Assembly (NCBI GenBank): GCA_965223905.1
Contig: CBDCXV010000011.1
Coordinates: 160,001-224,000, forward strand
Reading direction: 5' to 3'
Length of the DNA: 64,000 bases
DNA from: Candidatus Latescibacterota bacterium
Lineage (GTDB): Bacteria > Latescibacterota > UBA2968 > UBA8231
This document shows positions 36,975-46,099 of this stretch, piece by piece. The translations under genes were made by a program, and so were the position numbers. Each line of letters begins with the position of its first letter. The first letter of the stretch is position 1. The notes under the pieces are model-generated. The model was not told the DNA's origin, searched no databases, and was given only the letters and a program-made list of their open reading frames with translations.

Positions 36975-39905
36975 TCAGACTACGATATTGAAAATTCTTC
37001 CCGGGACGTACACAAACCGCCTGGGCCCCCTTGAATCCGGAAGGTAGCGGCGCACGTTGTCAAGCTCGAGGATCAACTCTCTTGCCTCGTCTTCGGTAAT
37101 CCCGGCAGGAACTTCAACGCTCGCCCTAACCTTGCCGTTGACCTGCACAGGCAAGATAACGGTCTCCTCGACCATCAGATCTGTCTGGGGCCGCGGCCAT
37201 TCCTGGACCGAGAGATTCCCGTCGCCGAAACCCCAGATGCTCCACAGCTCCTCTCCAAGGTGAGGGGCGAAGGGTGAGAGCATCAGAATAAGGGAACGCG
37301 CCATCTCGTCCGAAACAGCCTCCTTTTTTACCAGGTCGTTGTTGAGCTCGATCAAGGCCGCGATGGCGGTGTTGAGCCGCAGTCCCTCGATATCATCCGT
37401 CACCTTGGAGATCGTCCGGTGAAGCTTCTTGCGCAACGCGACGTCTTCCTCTTGTCCCGAAGGCATCCTTCTGGCCCTTCCCTCCTGAGAAACCAGGTTG
37501 CGCCACACGCGCTGCAGAAAGCGCTGCATTCCGCGTATTCCCTCCATGCTCCACGGCGTGCTCTGCTCGAGGGGCCCCATGTACATCTCGTACAGGCGCA
37601 GGGTGTCGACGCCGTACTCCTCCCCAACCTCCTCCGGGGGCAGCCCGTTCTTGTAGCGCTTCCCCATCTTGCCGCCGGAACGGGTCAGGGGCTCTCCCGT
37701 CCGCGAGTGGAAGGGCTTGCCATCGCGCAGCTCGACCTCGCGGATGTCGATGTAGACGCCGCGGGCGTCGGTGAAAGCATCGGCCGTTATCATTCCCTGA
37801 TTGAACAGCTTCTTGAACGGCTCGGGTGAGGAGACGTGCCCCAGGTCGAACAGCACCTTGTGCCAGAACCGGGAATACAGAAGGTGGAGCACCCCGTGCT
37901 CGGCGCCGCCGATGTAGAGATCGACCGGCATGAAATGCCGCTCCTTGTCAGCGTCGCAGAAAGCCTCTGGGTTGGCGGGATCGATAAAGCGCACGAAGTA
38001 CCAGCAGGATCCCGCCCACTGGGGCATAACGTTCAGTTCCCTCTCGCATTCGATTTCATTTAGGGAGACCACCCGCCAGTCGTCGCCGGCTCGCCCCAGA
38101 GGCAGCGAAACCGGAGTGTCGGGATCATCCGAGGTTTGCGGACGGAAGTCCTCCATCTCTGGGAGCAGGACAGGCAGGTCGGTAGCGACCGAATAACCCT
38201 CGGGGGTGGTAGCCAGCGGGAAGGGTTCTCCCCAGTACCTTTGCCTGGAAAAGATCCAGTCGCGCAGCTTGTAGCGAACCGCAAATCGTCCCACGCCAGC
38301 GCTTTCCAGTGCGGAGGTGATTGCTGCCTTTGCCCGGGCCGTCGACAGGCCTGTGATGGAGAAGTCGCTACCGCCATCGGCGGACGAATTGATGCTGGTG
38401 CCATCGGCGGTGAAGCACTCCCCCGCTTCCACCCGGGCGGTCTCCGGCGCCTGGACGACTTGGATCACCTCGAGATCGTATTTGCTCGCAAAATCGAAAT
38501 CGCGGTCGTCGTGCGCGGGAACCGCCATAATGGCGCCGGTTCCGTATTCCATCGAGACATAGTCGGCGACAAAAACCGGAATGACAGTGCCGCTGGCCGG
38601 GTTGCGGGCCCATATCCCTGTGAAAATCCCCGACTTCTCCCGCTCGTCGATTTCCCTTGAAACTTCAGTGACTCCCACCGCCGCGGCGACATAGTCGGCA
38701 ACTGCTTCCCGCGGTCCGGACGCCTCCCAGTTCTTCCAGCTTTCTCTCGTGCCTTCGGGCCAGTGTTCCGGAACGAGATACTCGGTACTGTCGGGATCGA
38801 GGAGCGGGTGGCCGGGAGCGACCACCATGAAGGTTGCCCCGAACAAGGTGTCGGGACGAGTCGTGAACACTTCCTGGCGCGACGCCGTTTCGCGGGATTC
38901 CGGCAGCAACAGGTCGAACAGAATTTCCGCCCCCTCGCTGCGCCCGATCCAGTTCCGCTGCATCAGCTTGATCGGTTCCGGCCAATCCAGGGCGTAGCGG
39001 CCGCCGCGTCCGTCGGGGAGGTCCGTTGAATCCAGATCGTGCAAAAGGCGATCGGCGTAGGCGGTGATACGCAGCATCCACTGCCTCAGCGGCCGCTTGT
39101 ACACTGGGAAATCGCCGATTTCGCTACGGCCCTCCCCGGTGACTTCCTCGTTGGCAAGGACCGTGCCCAGCCCAGGGCACCAGTTGACCGTCACCTCCCT
39201 CTGATACGCCAGCCGGTAGTTGTTTAACACCGCGGCCCGCTCCGGTTCCGTCAGCTGGGACCAGTCGGCAGGTGAACGGTCTCTGCGTTCCCCTCCCGGA
39301 AGTGAAACGAGGGTTTCGAGATCGCGGTCGGAGAGAGCACGCCGTCCATTGGCAAGTGCATCTTCCAGCTCCCGGATCGGCACTGCCTTTCCCTTGATCT
39401 CGCGACCTGCGGCGTCCGACTGAACCGCTTCCGGATCGAACCAGCAGTCGTAGAGCTGCAGAAAGATCCACTGGGTCCAGCGGTAGTAGTCCGAGTCCGA
39501 AGTCGCCAGCTCCCGATCCCAGTCGTAGGCCAGACCCAAGGCCTGAAGCTGTCCGCGCATGCGATCGATACATTCGCGTATCGCCGTGGACGGATGCACG
39601 TTGTTGGCGATCGCGTACTGCTCCGCAGGCAGGCCGAAGCTGTCGAATCCCATCGGGTGAAGAACGTTGAATCCCCGCATCCTCTTGAAGCGGCTGTAGA
39701 TGTCGCTGGCGATATAACCCTTGGGGTGGCCAATGTGGAGCCCGTCCCCGCTAGGATAAGGGAACATGTCGAGGACATAGCACTTGGGCCGGGAATCGGC
39801 GAATGGACTTTCCCCGGGACCGTGCGTCTTGAACGTCTTCTCCCTCAGCCAGCCCTGACGCCAGCGACGTTCAATCTCCTGAAACTGATAGCTTCCCCTC
39901 TTCAT
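36975..39905 (-). CDS. leuS: leucyl-tRNA synthetase
   Basis: MFPYPSGDGLHIGH, FTTRPDTLFG, RQRYWGEP, YIGGAEH, VQVNGKVR. Confidence 0.97.
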   Translation of the reverse strand: MKRGSYQFQEIERRWRQGWLREKTFKTHGPGESPFADSRPKCYVLDMFPYPSGDGLHIGHPKGYIASDIYSRFKRMRGFNVLHPMGFDSFGLPAEQYAIANNVHPSTAIRECIDRMRGQLQALGLAYDWDRELATSDSDYYRWTQWIFLQLYDCWFDPEAVQSDAAGREIKGKAVPIRELEDALANGRRALSDRDLETLVSLPGGERRDRSPADWSQLTEPERAAVLNNYRLAYQREVTVNWCPGLGTVLANEEVTGEGRSEIGDFPVYKRPLRQWMLRITAYADRLLHDLDSTDLPDGRGGRYALDWPEPIKLMQRNWIGRSEGAEILFDLLLPESRETASRQEVFTTRPDTLFGATFMVVAPGHPLLDPDSTEYLVPEHWPEGTRESWKNWEASGPREAVADYVAAAVGVTEVSREIDEREKSGIFTGIWARNPASGTVIPVFVADYVSMEYGTGAIMAVPAHDDRDFDFASKYDLEVIQVVQAPETARVEAGECFTADGTSINSSADGGSDFSITGLSTARAKAAITSALESAGVGRFAVRYKLRDWIFSRQRYWGEPFPLATTPEGYSVATDLPVLLPEMEDFRPQTSDDPDTPVSLPLGRAGDDWRVVSLNEIECERELNVMPQWAGSCWYFVRFIDPANPEAFCDADKERHFMPVDLYIGGAEHGVLHLLYSRFWHKVLFDLGHVSSPEPFKKLFNQGMITADAFTDARGVYIDIREVELRDGKPFHSRTGEPLTRSGGKMGKRYKNGLPPEEVGEEYGVDTLRLYEMYMGPLEQSTPWSMEGIRGMQRFLQRVWRNLVSQEGRARRMPSGQEEDVALRKKLHRTISKVTDDIEGLRLNTAIAALIELNNDLVKKEAVSDEMARSLILMLSPFAPHLGEELWSIWGFGDGNLSVQEWPRPQTDLMVEETVILPVQVNGKVRASVEVPAGITEDEARELILELDNVRRYLPDSRGPRRFVYVPGRIFNIVV

Positions 39906-39952
39906 CTCTGTTGTCTTCAAGGTCGTTGTCTCGTCCGATTTGACGGACCTGC

Positions 39953-41242
39953 TCAAGGATACAGCCGCTGCAGCATCCGAGGAAACGGTATGGTCTCGCG
40001 CACGTGCCTGATCCCACAAAGCCACCCTACTACACGTTCTATCCCCATCCCGAAACCGGAGTGCGGCACGGAACCGAATCGGCGCAGGTCGAGATACCAC
40101 TCGAAGGCCGCTCGCGGCAGGCCGTGTTCTTCGAGACGCTCCTCGAGGACCGGGAGATCATCTTCGCGCTGGCCGCCGCCGATGATCTCCCCGTATCCCT
40201 CGGGAGCCAGCATGTCGACGCAGAGAGCGAGCTCGTCTTTCTCCGGATCTCGCTTCATGTAAAATGCTTTAACCTCCGCAGGGTAGCGATGCACGAGGAC
40301 CGGTGAAGTGAACTGTTCCGAAAGAAGGGTTTCGTCGTCTCCGCCCAGATCGGCTCCCCACTCGATATCGCTGCCATTGTTCCGAAGGGTTACGACCGCC
40401 TCGTCGTAGGTCATGCGTGGGAACGGCTTCGACACCGCTTCCAGGGGGGCGAGGTCACGCTCCAGCACGGCGAGTTCGTCACCGCCCTGTTCGAGTACCC
40501 GCTGGACAACGAAACAGAGGAGGTCTTCCGCCACCTGCATGTTGCCGTCGAGGTCGCAGTAGGCGATCTCCGGCTCCATCATCCAGAACTCCGTCAGGTG
40601 TCGCCGCGTCTTCGATTTCTCCGCCCGAAAGGTCGGTCCCAGACAGTAGACCTTTCCGAAGGCCATAGCCGCAGCTTCCATATACAGCTGACCGCTCTGG
40701 GTAAGGAAGGCAGTGTCCCCGAAATAGTCGGTCTCGAAAAGCGTGGTGGTTCCCTCGCAGGCAGCAGGAGTCAGAATCGGGGCATCGATCAGGATGAACC
40801 CCTCCCGAGCCATGAAGTCACGGCAGGCCTGGATGACGTAGCTGCGGATTCTCAGCGTAGCGTGTGGGCGCGAGGAGCGCAGCCAGAGGTGCCTGTTCTC
40901 CATCAGGAAGGACACCCCGTGTTCCTTCGGTGAAATCGGGTATTCGGCGGCCTTGTGAACCGCTTCGATCGAGGAGACCCCCAGTTCGTAGCCGAGCGGG
41001 GAACGCTCATCCTGGCGCACCACCCCCCTGACGATAATCGCTGACTCCTGGGGCAGGTTTCCGGCGCGTTCGAACACCTCCACCCCGACATCCCCCTTGA
41101 ACAGTACACACTGGATGAGACCGGTCCCGTCCCTGACCTGAAGAAAGTGGAGCCTGCCGCTCGACCGCTTGTTGTAGAGCCATCCCCTCAGCTCGACTTC
41201 GCGGCCATCGACGGCGATGTCCCGTATTTCTACTCGTTCCAT
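39953..41242 (-). CDS. asnS: asparaginyl-tRNA synthetase
   Basis: [49 protein letters not shown]. Confidence 0.95.
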   Translation of the reverse strand: MERVEIRDIAVDGREVELRGWLYNKRSSGRLHFLQVRDGTGLIQCVLFKGDVGVEVFERAGNLPQESAIIVRGVVRQDERSPLGYELGVSSIEAVHKAAEYPISPKEHGVSFLMENRHLWLRSSRPHATLRIRSYVIQACRDFMAREGFILIDAPILTPAACEGTTTLFETDYFGDTAFLTQSGQLYMEAAAMAFGKVYCLGPTFRAEKSKTRRHLTEFWMMEPEIAYCDLDGNMQVAEDLLCFVVQRVLEQGGDELAVLERDLAPLEAVSKPFPRMTYDEAVVTLRNNGSDIEWGADLGGDDETLLSEQFTSPVLVHRYPAEVKAFYMKRDPEKDELALCVDMLAPEGYGEIIGGGQREDDLPVLEERLEEHGLPRAAFEWYLDLRRFGSVPHSGFGMGIERVVGWLCGIRHVRETIPFPRMLQRLYP

Positions 41243-41377
41243 AACTTCCGGAAGGACCGTTTGTTCAGTCTGCCCCGCTGCGGGGCGTCTACAACCAAAA
41301 GACTACCGAACAGAAAGCCTGCGCGGTAGTCTTTTTCAGTTGCCCGTGGGCAAGTGGCTATGTTTCCCCGGACCTGA

Positions 41378-43495
41378 TCAGCGGCTTCTTTCGAAGTTCC
41401 TTTCCCTGCTGCGGCGGATATTCGGCTTGTCGAGAGTAGCCTTGTGACTGAGTCGAATCTTTCCCGAGTTGTCGATTTCGAGAACCTTCACGGCAATTCT
41501 ACCACCTTCCTCGACGACATCTTCCACTGATTCTACGCGCTTGTGGTCCAGCTCTGAGATGTGGAGGAGCCCTTCCTTTCCTGGGAGGATCTCTACAAAG
41601 GCCCCGAAGGGCATGATGCGCTTGACCGTCCCTTCGTACTGCCGACCGATCTCGGCATCGGCGGTGATAGCTTCGATCATCTCGCGGGCGCTAGCCGCCG
41701 CTCCCGATTGGACGGAAGAGATCGTGATCTTGCCGTCGTCCTCGACGTTGACGGTAGCGCCCGTCTTCTCGATCTCCCGAATCATCTTGCCGCCCGGGCC
41801 GATAACCGCTCCTATTTTCTCGACGTCGATTTTCATGAACTCGATGCGAGGGGCGAATTCGGACAGCTCCTCGCGGTGGCTGGCTATGGCTTGGTTCATG
41901 ATTTCGAGAATCTGCAGACCTGCCTTACGGGCACGGGCGAACGCCTCTTCGAGGATTCCGATCTCCACACCCTGGATCTTGTTCTCCATCTGGATTGCAG
42001 TGATACCGTCGACGGTACCGGCCACTTTCAGATCCATATCCCCTAGAAAATCCTCGGCTCCCTGAATGTCGGTCAACAGCTCCCATTCCTCCCCTTCGCT
42101 GATCAACCCGACACCGGAAGCAGTGACTGGGTTCTTGATCGGCACTCCGGCATCCATCAGCGCCAGCGAACAGCCGCATACCGTCGCCATCGAGGTCGAC
42201 CCATTGGACTCTTCGATATCGGAGACCAAGCGAATGGTGTAAGGGAAAGAATCAACCCCCGGGACTACGGGCTCGATGGCGCTTTCGGCCAGGTGTCCAT
42301 GCCCGATCTCCCGCCTTCCGGGCCCGCGCGGGAAGGATACTTCCCCGGTGCTGTAGGAGGGAAAGTTGTAGTCGAGGAAATACGACTTGAACGACTTGCC
42401 ACTGAGGTCGTCAATCATCTTCTCGTCGAGCTTGCTGCCCAGGGTCGCCACGCAAAGGGCCTGGGTCTGGCCACGCGTGAACAACGCCGAACCGTGAGCT
42501 CTCGGAAGTATCTGCGTCTCGCAAGTGACCGCCCTGACCTCATCTAGGGCCCTGCCATCTATGCGACGCTTTTCCTCGAGAACCATGCGCCGCATGTCCG
42601 CCTTGATCAGACCGTAAATGATATCGTCGATCTGCTGGCCCGACTCGGGGAAGCGTTCGGAAAGAGCTTCACGCGTATTCTTGTAGATCCCGTCGACGAG
42701 GTGGTGGCGCTCCTCGCGGCTGGTGGTGTGGTTGGCTTCGGTTATGCGCTCAGCCGCCAACTCGCGAACCGCGGCCTCTAATTCCGAGTCAACGGCGGGC
42801 GCTTCAATTGCCATCTTCTCCTTGCCGGCCTGGGAGATGAGCTCTTCCTGAAGGTCGATGAATTTCACGATATGCTCATGGCCGAACTTCAGGGCCGCAA
42901 GCAGGTCCTTTTCGGAAACCTCGTGGGCGCCCCCCTCGACCGTCCCTATCGAATCCCTGGTCCCGGACAGGATCAGGTCCATGTCGCTTTCGTCGCGCTG
43001 GCTCACCGTCGGGTTGACAACGAACTCGCCGTCGACGCGGCCGACGCGGACCGCACCAAGTGGTCCTGCAAAGGGGATGTCCGAAAGGCCCAGTGCTACT
43101 GAACTGCCCACCATTCCCAGCACATCGGCGTCGTTTTCGTTGTCTGAGGACAGGACGGTGATGAAAACCTGGACCTCGTGAGCAAAACCTTTCGGAAACA
43201 TCGGGCGAATCGAGTGGTCGGTAAGGCGAGCGCTGAGGGTTTCCTTTTCCCCCATCCGCCCCTCGCGGCGGAAAAAATTGCCGGGGATCCGTCCTGCGGC
43301 ATACGATTTCTCCCGGTACTCCACGGTCAACGGCAGAAAATCGCGATCGGTCGCGTCTTTCGACCTGCAGGCAGTGACCAGACAAATGGTGTCCGCATAT
43401 CGGACCCATACCGCTCCATGCGCCTGTTTGGCTACCTTTCCGGTCTCCAGGGACAGGGTGCGCCCACCTATTTGAGCTTCTACTTTGTGAATCAT
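41378..43495 (-). CDS. pnp: polyribonucleotide nucleotidyltransferase
   Basis: DFLPLTVEY, RRIDGR, RREIGHG, GDMDLKVAG, KH and S1 domains. Confidence 0.97.
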   Translation of the reverse strand: MIHKVEAQIGGRTLSLETGKVAKQAHGAVWVRYADTICLVTACRSKDATDRDFLPLTVEYREKSYAAGRIPGNFFRREGRMGEKETLSARLTDHSIRPMFPKGFAHEVQVFITVLSSDNENDADVLGMVGSSVALGLSDIPFAGPLGAVRVGRVDGEFVVNPTVSQRDESDMDLILSGTRDSIGTVEGGAHEVSEKDLLAALKFGHEHIVKFIDLQEELISQAGKEKMAIEAPAVDSELEAAVRELAAERITEANHTTSREERHHLVDGIYKNTREALSERFPESGQQIDDIIYGLIKADMRRMVLEEKRRIDGRALDEVRAVTCETQILPRAHGSALFTRGQTQALCVATLGSKLDEKMIDDLSGKSFKSYFLDYNFPSYSTGEVSFPRGPGRREIGHGHLAESAIEPVVPGVDSFPYTIRLVSDIEESNGSTSMATVCGCSLALMDAGVPIKNPVTASGVGLISEGEEWELLTDIQGAEDFLGDMDLKVAGTVDGITAIQMENKIQGVEIGILEEAFARARKAGLQILEIMNQAIASHREELSEFAPRIEFMKIDVEKIGAVIGPGGKMIREIEKTGATVNVEDDGKITISSVQSGAAASAREMIEAITADAEIGRQYEGTVKRIMPFGAFVEILPGKEGLLHISELDHKRVESVEDVVEEGGRIAVKVLEIDNSGKIRLSHKATLDKPNIRRSRERNFERSR

Positions 43496-43726
43496 CTGCT
43501 TTCTTCTCGTTTCTCTTTTTTTCGTTTCGTGTGACTTCCCCACGTGATGCGGATGCCCCGGTGCGGGGAATTTCTCCAATGACTCGCGGAATCAAGGCCG
43601 CTTGTGAAACGGCTGCCGGGGTTGCCGGAACACGACGATCGCGTTATGTCGCAAGCGGAGGCAAGTCGCCGAATGAATCTTCAGCCACGGGAGACGCACG
43701 GCGAGCTTCCACCGGCCCGACGTTGA

Positions 43727-43996
43727 TCAGCGCCGAAGTTGGAGATCCTTTATGAGCTGCGCGTAGCCTTCCGGGTTTTTTTTCTGGTAGTATTTCTGCA
43801 GCCGCCTGCGCCGCCCAATCAATTGCAGCAATCCGCGACGAGTCGCGAAATCCTGGCGGTGAGCCTGCAAATGGACGGTGAGGTTCCCGATCCGCTCCGA
43901 CAGGATCGCAATCTGCACGGTCACAGCCCCCGAGTCAGTTTCGTTCTTTCCGTATTTGGCGGTCAGTTGCCTGGTACGCTCTGCAGTGATGGACAA
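43727..43996 (-). CDS. rpsO: 30S ribosomal protein S15
   Basis: DSGAVTVQIAILSERI, TRRGLL, LRR end; position between kinase gene and pnp. Confidence 0.95.
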   Translation of the reverse strand: MSITAERTRQLTAKYGKNETDSGAVTVQIAILSERIGNLTVHLQAHRQDFATRRGLLQLIGRRRRLQKYYQKKNPEGYAQLIKDLQLRR

Positions 43997-44024
43997 AGCC
44001 TGCCTCCATGGAATTTCGAAAGTG

Positions 44025-44426
44025 TTAATCCTTAACGGCGGTTAGTTCAGTGGACTGAATCAGCTCTCGTGCTCTCTCGACATCCCTTCCCAGCTGTCCG
44101 ACCAAGGTATCCAGGTTGGGAAAGCGCCGTTCGTCTCGCAATTTCTTGACTGTTCGTATCCGCAAAGTCTTCCCGTACAAATCTCCGACGAAATCGATGA
44201 TGTGGGCTTCAACAGCCAACTCTCCCGATGAAAATGTCGGTCTGACCCCCACGTTCACTACCGCGGGATGTTCCCTCTCGGAACCCTCCCAGACGGCCAT
44301 TGCCGCATATACACCGCTCTCGACAATCTTCTCTATGTTCCCTTCGACATCAAGATTGGCGGTAGGAAAGCCGAGCGACCGCCCGCGACCGTAGCCGGCT
44401 ACCACCTTGCCAGTCAGCATGGACAT
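44025..44426 (-). CDS. stand-alone riboflavin kinase (RibF C-terminal domain only)
   Basis: GRSLGFPTANL, NVGVRPTF, EAHIIDFVGDLYG, LRDERRF; 133 aa. Confidence 0.9.
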   Translation of the reverse strand: MSMLTGKVVAGYGRGRSLGFPTANLDVEGNIEKIVESGVYAAMAVWEGSEREHPAVVNVGVRPTFSSGELAVEAHIIDFVGDLYGKTLRIRTVKKLRDERRFPNLDTLVGQLGRDVERARELIQSTELTAVKD

Positions 44427-44462
44427 CCGACCCGTATCAGAAGACCGGAGGGGTCAAAGCTG

Positions 44463-45410
44463 CTATTTGTCAACTCCACCCGGCAGGAGGACCTTGGACG
44501 GCCGCAAACTCGACCGGCTACCATCAACCCAGGACCCCAGACCGCACAGGCGTTCCGCCTCGTCATACACTGCGCACGTTTCGATCTCACCATCTTCCAA
44601 TTCCGCGCCAGTTTCGAGCGCTGTTTCGCTAATCGATCCCGTAGCGACGGTTCCGCCGTGCAAAAACGTATTAACCTGCCTGCACGACAGCGTAACCGCA
44701 GGGAGTGAACTCAGTGCACGCCAAGTCGGTACGAGTAGCTCCTCGAGCCGCCTCCCATCAACTGCCTTCTGCACTTCTTCCACGGTCAGGGCAACCGACA
44801 GATCCAGGCTCCCGACTCTCATCCTGCGCAGGTCGGCCACATACGCACCGCAACCCAGGGCGGCGCCAATATCCCTTGCCAGCGAACGAATATAAGTTCC
44901 CTTGGAGCAGACAACGCGCATTTCGAAGTCGGGATATTCACACTTCAAAACCTCGAGCTGCAAAATACGAACCGATCTTGCAGGTATCTCAACCGCCTTT
45001 TTCCGGCGTGCCAGATGGTAACTGCGAACGCCGCCTACCTTCACCGCGGAGTAAGCAGGCGGGACTTGCCTGATATTACCGCGGAAGCGGACCAGAACCC
45101 CGTCGACTTCATCATCGCTTGGAACCCGGATTTCAGCGACCGGTTCGATGGCGCCCTCAGCGTCCCCCGTATCGCTTGTGGCTCCGAGACACAAGCGCAC
45201 CAGGTATTCCTTGTCGGTTCCTGCAATTGCTTCGCTCAGTCGAGTGTAGGTGCCAAAACAGAGCACCAGGACCCCCGTGGCGAGTGGATCGAGGGTACCG
45301 CAGTGACCAATGCGATGCAAACCAAGGATCCGACGTATCCGGGCGACAATATCATGCGACGTCGGTCCTGCTTTCTTGTCAATGACGAGAATGCCTCGAC
45401 TGGCCTTCAT
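44463..45410 (-). CDS. truB: tRNA pseudouridine(55) synthase
   Basis: GHCGTLDPLATGVL, PPAYSAVK, CSKGTYIRSL. Confidence 0.96.
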   Translation of the reverse strand: MKASRGILVIDKKAGPTSHDIVARIRRILGLHRIGHCGTLDPLATGVLVLCFGTYTRLSEAIAGTDKEYLVRLCLGATSDTGDAEGAIEPVAEIRVPSDDEVDGVLVRFRGNIRQVPPAYSAVKVGGVRSYHLARRKKAVEIPARSVRILQLEVLKCEYPDFEMRVVCSKGTYIRSLARDIGAALGCGAYVADLRRMRVGSLDLSVALTVEEVQKAVDGRRLEELLVPTWRALSSLPAVTLSCRQVNTFLHGGTVATGSISETALETGAELEDGEIETCAVYDEAERLCGLGSWVDGSRSSLRPSKVLLPGGVDK

Positions 45411-45774
45411 CGCCACCGCCGGCAGATCCTGTTGTGGGAACCGCCTCTTCTATGAGTGCGGTCAGTCGGGCCGCCCTCTCCGAGGTGTCGTCGTAGGCCA
45501 CACTGACTTCGGGAACCTGACGCATGGAAATCCGCTGCGCCATCTCACGCCGGATATGGCCGATGGCATTCTCGAGCGCAGCAAGCGCCTCCCTCTTCTG
45601 CTCTTCCGACCCGAGAACGCTGACGAACATCCGCGCGTGTTTCAGATCCGGTGACACCTCCGCGTCGACTACCGTAGCCAATCGGACTCGGGGATCTTTA
45701 AGGTTCCTGACGATATCACTGAACTCACGGTACAGGGATTCGCGAACCCTGCCGGCCCGGTGCGACACACCCAT
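45379..45774 (-). CDS. rbfA: ribosome-binding factor A
   Basis: KDPR, VSPDLKHA, operon position. Confidence 0.92.
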   Translation of the reverse strand: MGVSHRAGRVRESLYREFSDIVRNLKDPRVRLATVVDAEVSPDLKHARMFVSVLGSEEQKREALAALENAIGHIRREMAQRISMRQVPEVSVAYDDTSERAARLTALIEEAVPTTGSAGGGDEGQSRHSRH

Positions 45775-45783
45775 CGTTTTGGG

Positions 45784-46065
45784 CTACCGTTCTTCGACCG
45801 AAGCGTCGAGCACCTGCACCCTGCCCTCCTCTTCTATATAACGGATCGCTTTGGAGATCACCTGGTCGGCGTGATCAATTCCATTGCTGACGATGGCGAA
45901 GGCCACGGTACTTCGCTGCCAGAGCTCGCTGAAATCTACTTCAGCAACGGAGAGATTGAAGCGGTTGTGCAGGCGATCCTTGAGACTCTTCAAGACCTGT
46001 CGCTTGTCTTTCAGCGATCTGCTTTCAGGCAGGTACAGCTGAACTTCACCTACCAATATGATCAC
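45784..46065 (-). CDS. DUF503 (YlxP-like) protein
   Basis: SLKDKRQVLKSL, FNLSVAEV, LWQR. Confidence 0.9.
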   Translation of the reverse strand: MIILVGEVQLYLPESRSLKDKRQVLKSLKDRLHNRFNLSVAEVDFSELWQRSTVAFAIVSNGIDHADQVISKAIRYIEEEGRVQVLDASVEER

Positions 46066-46099
46066 TTTCCGGTACGTTCATTTCCAAATGGGGAGGGTA

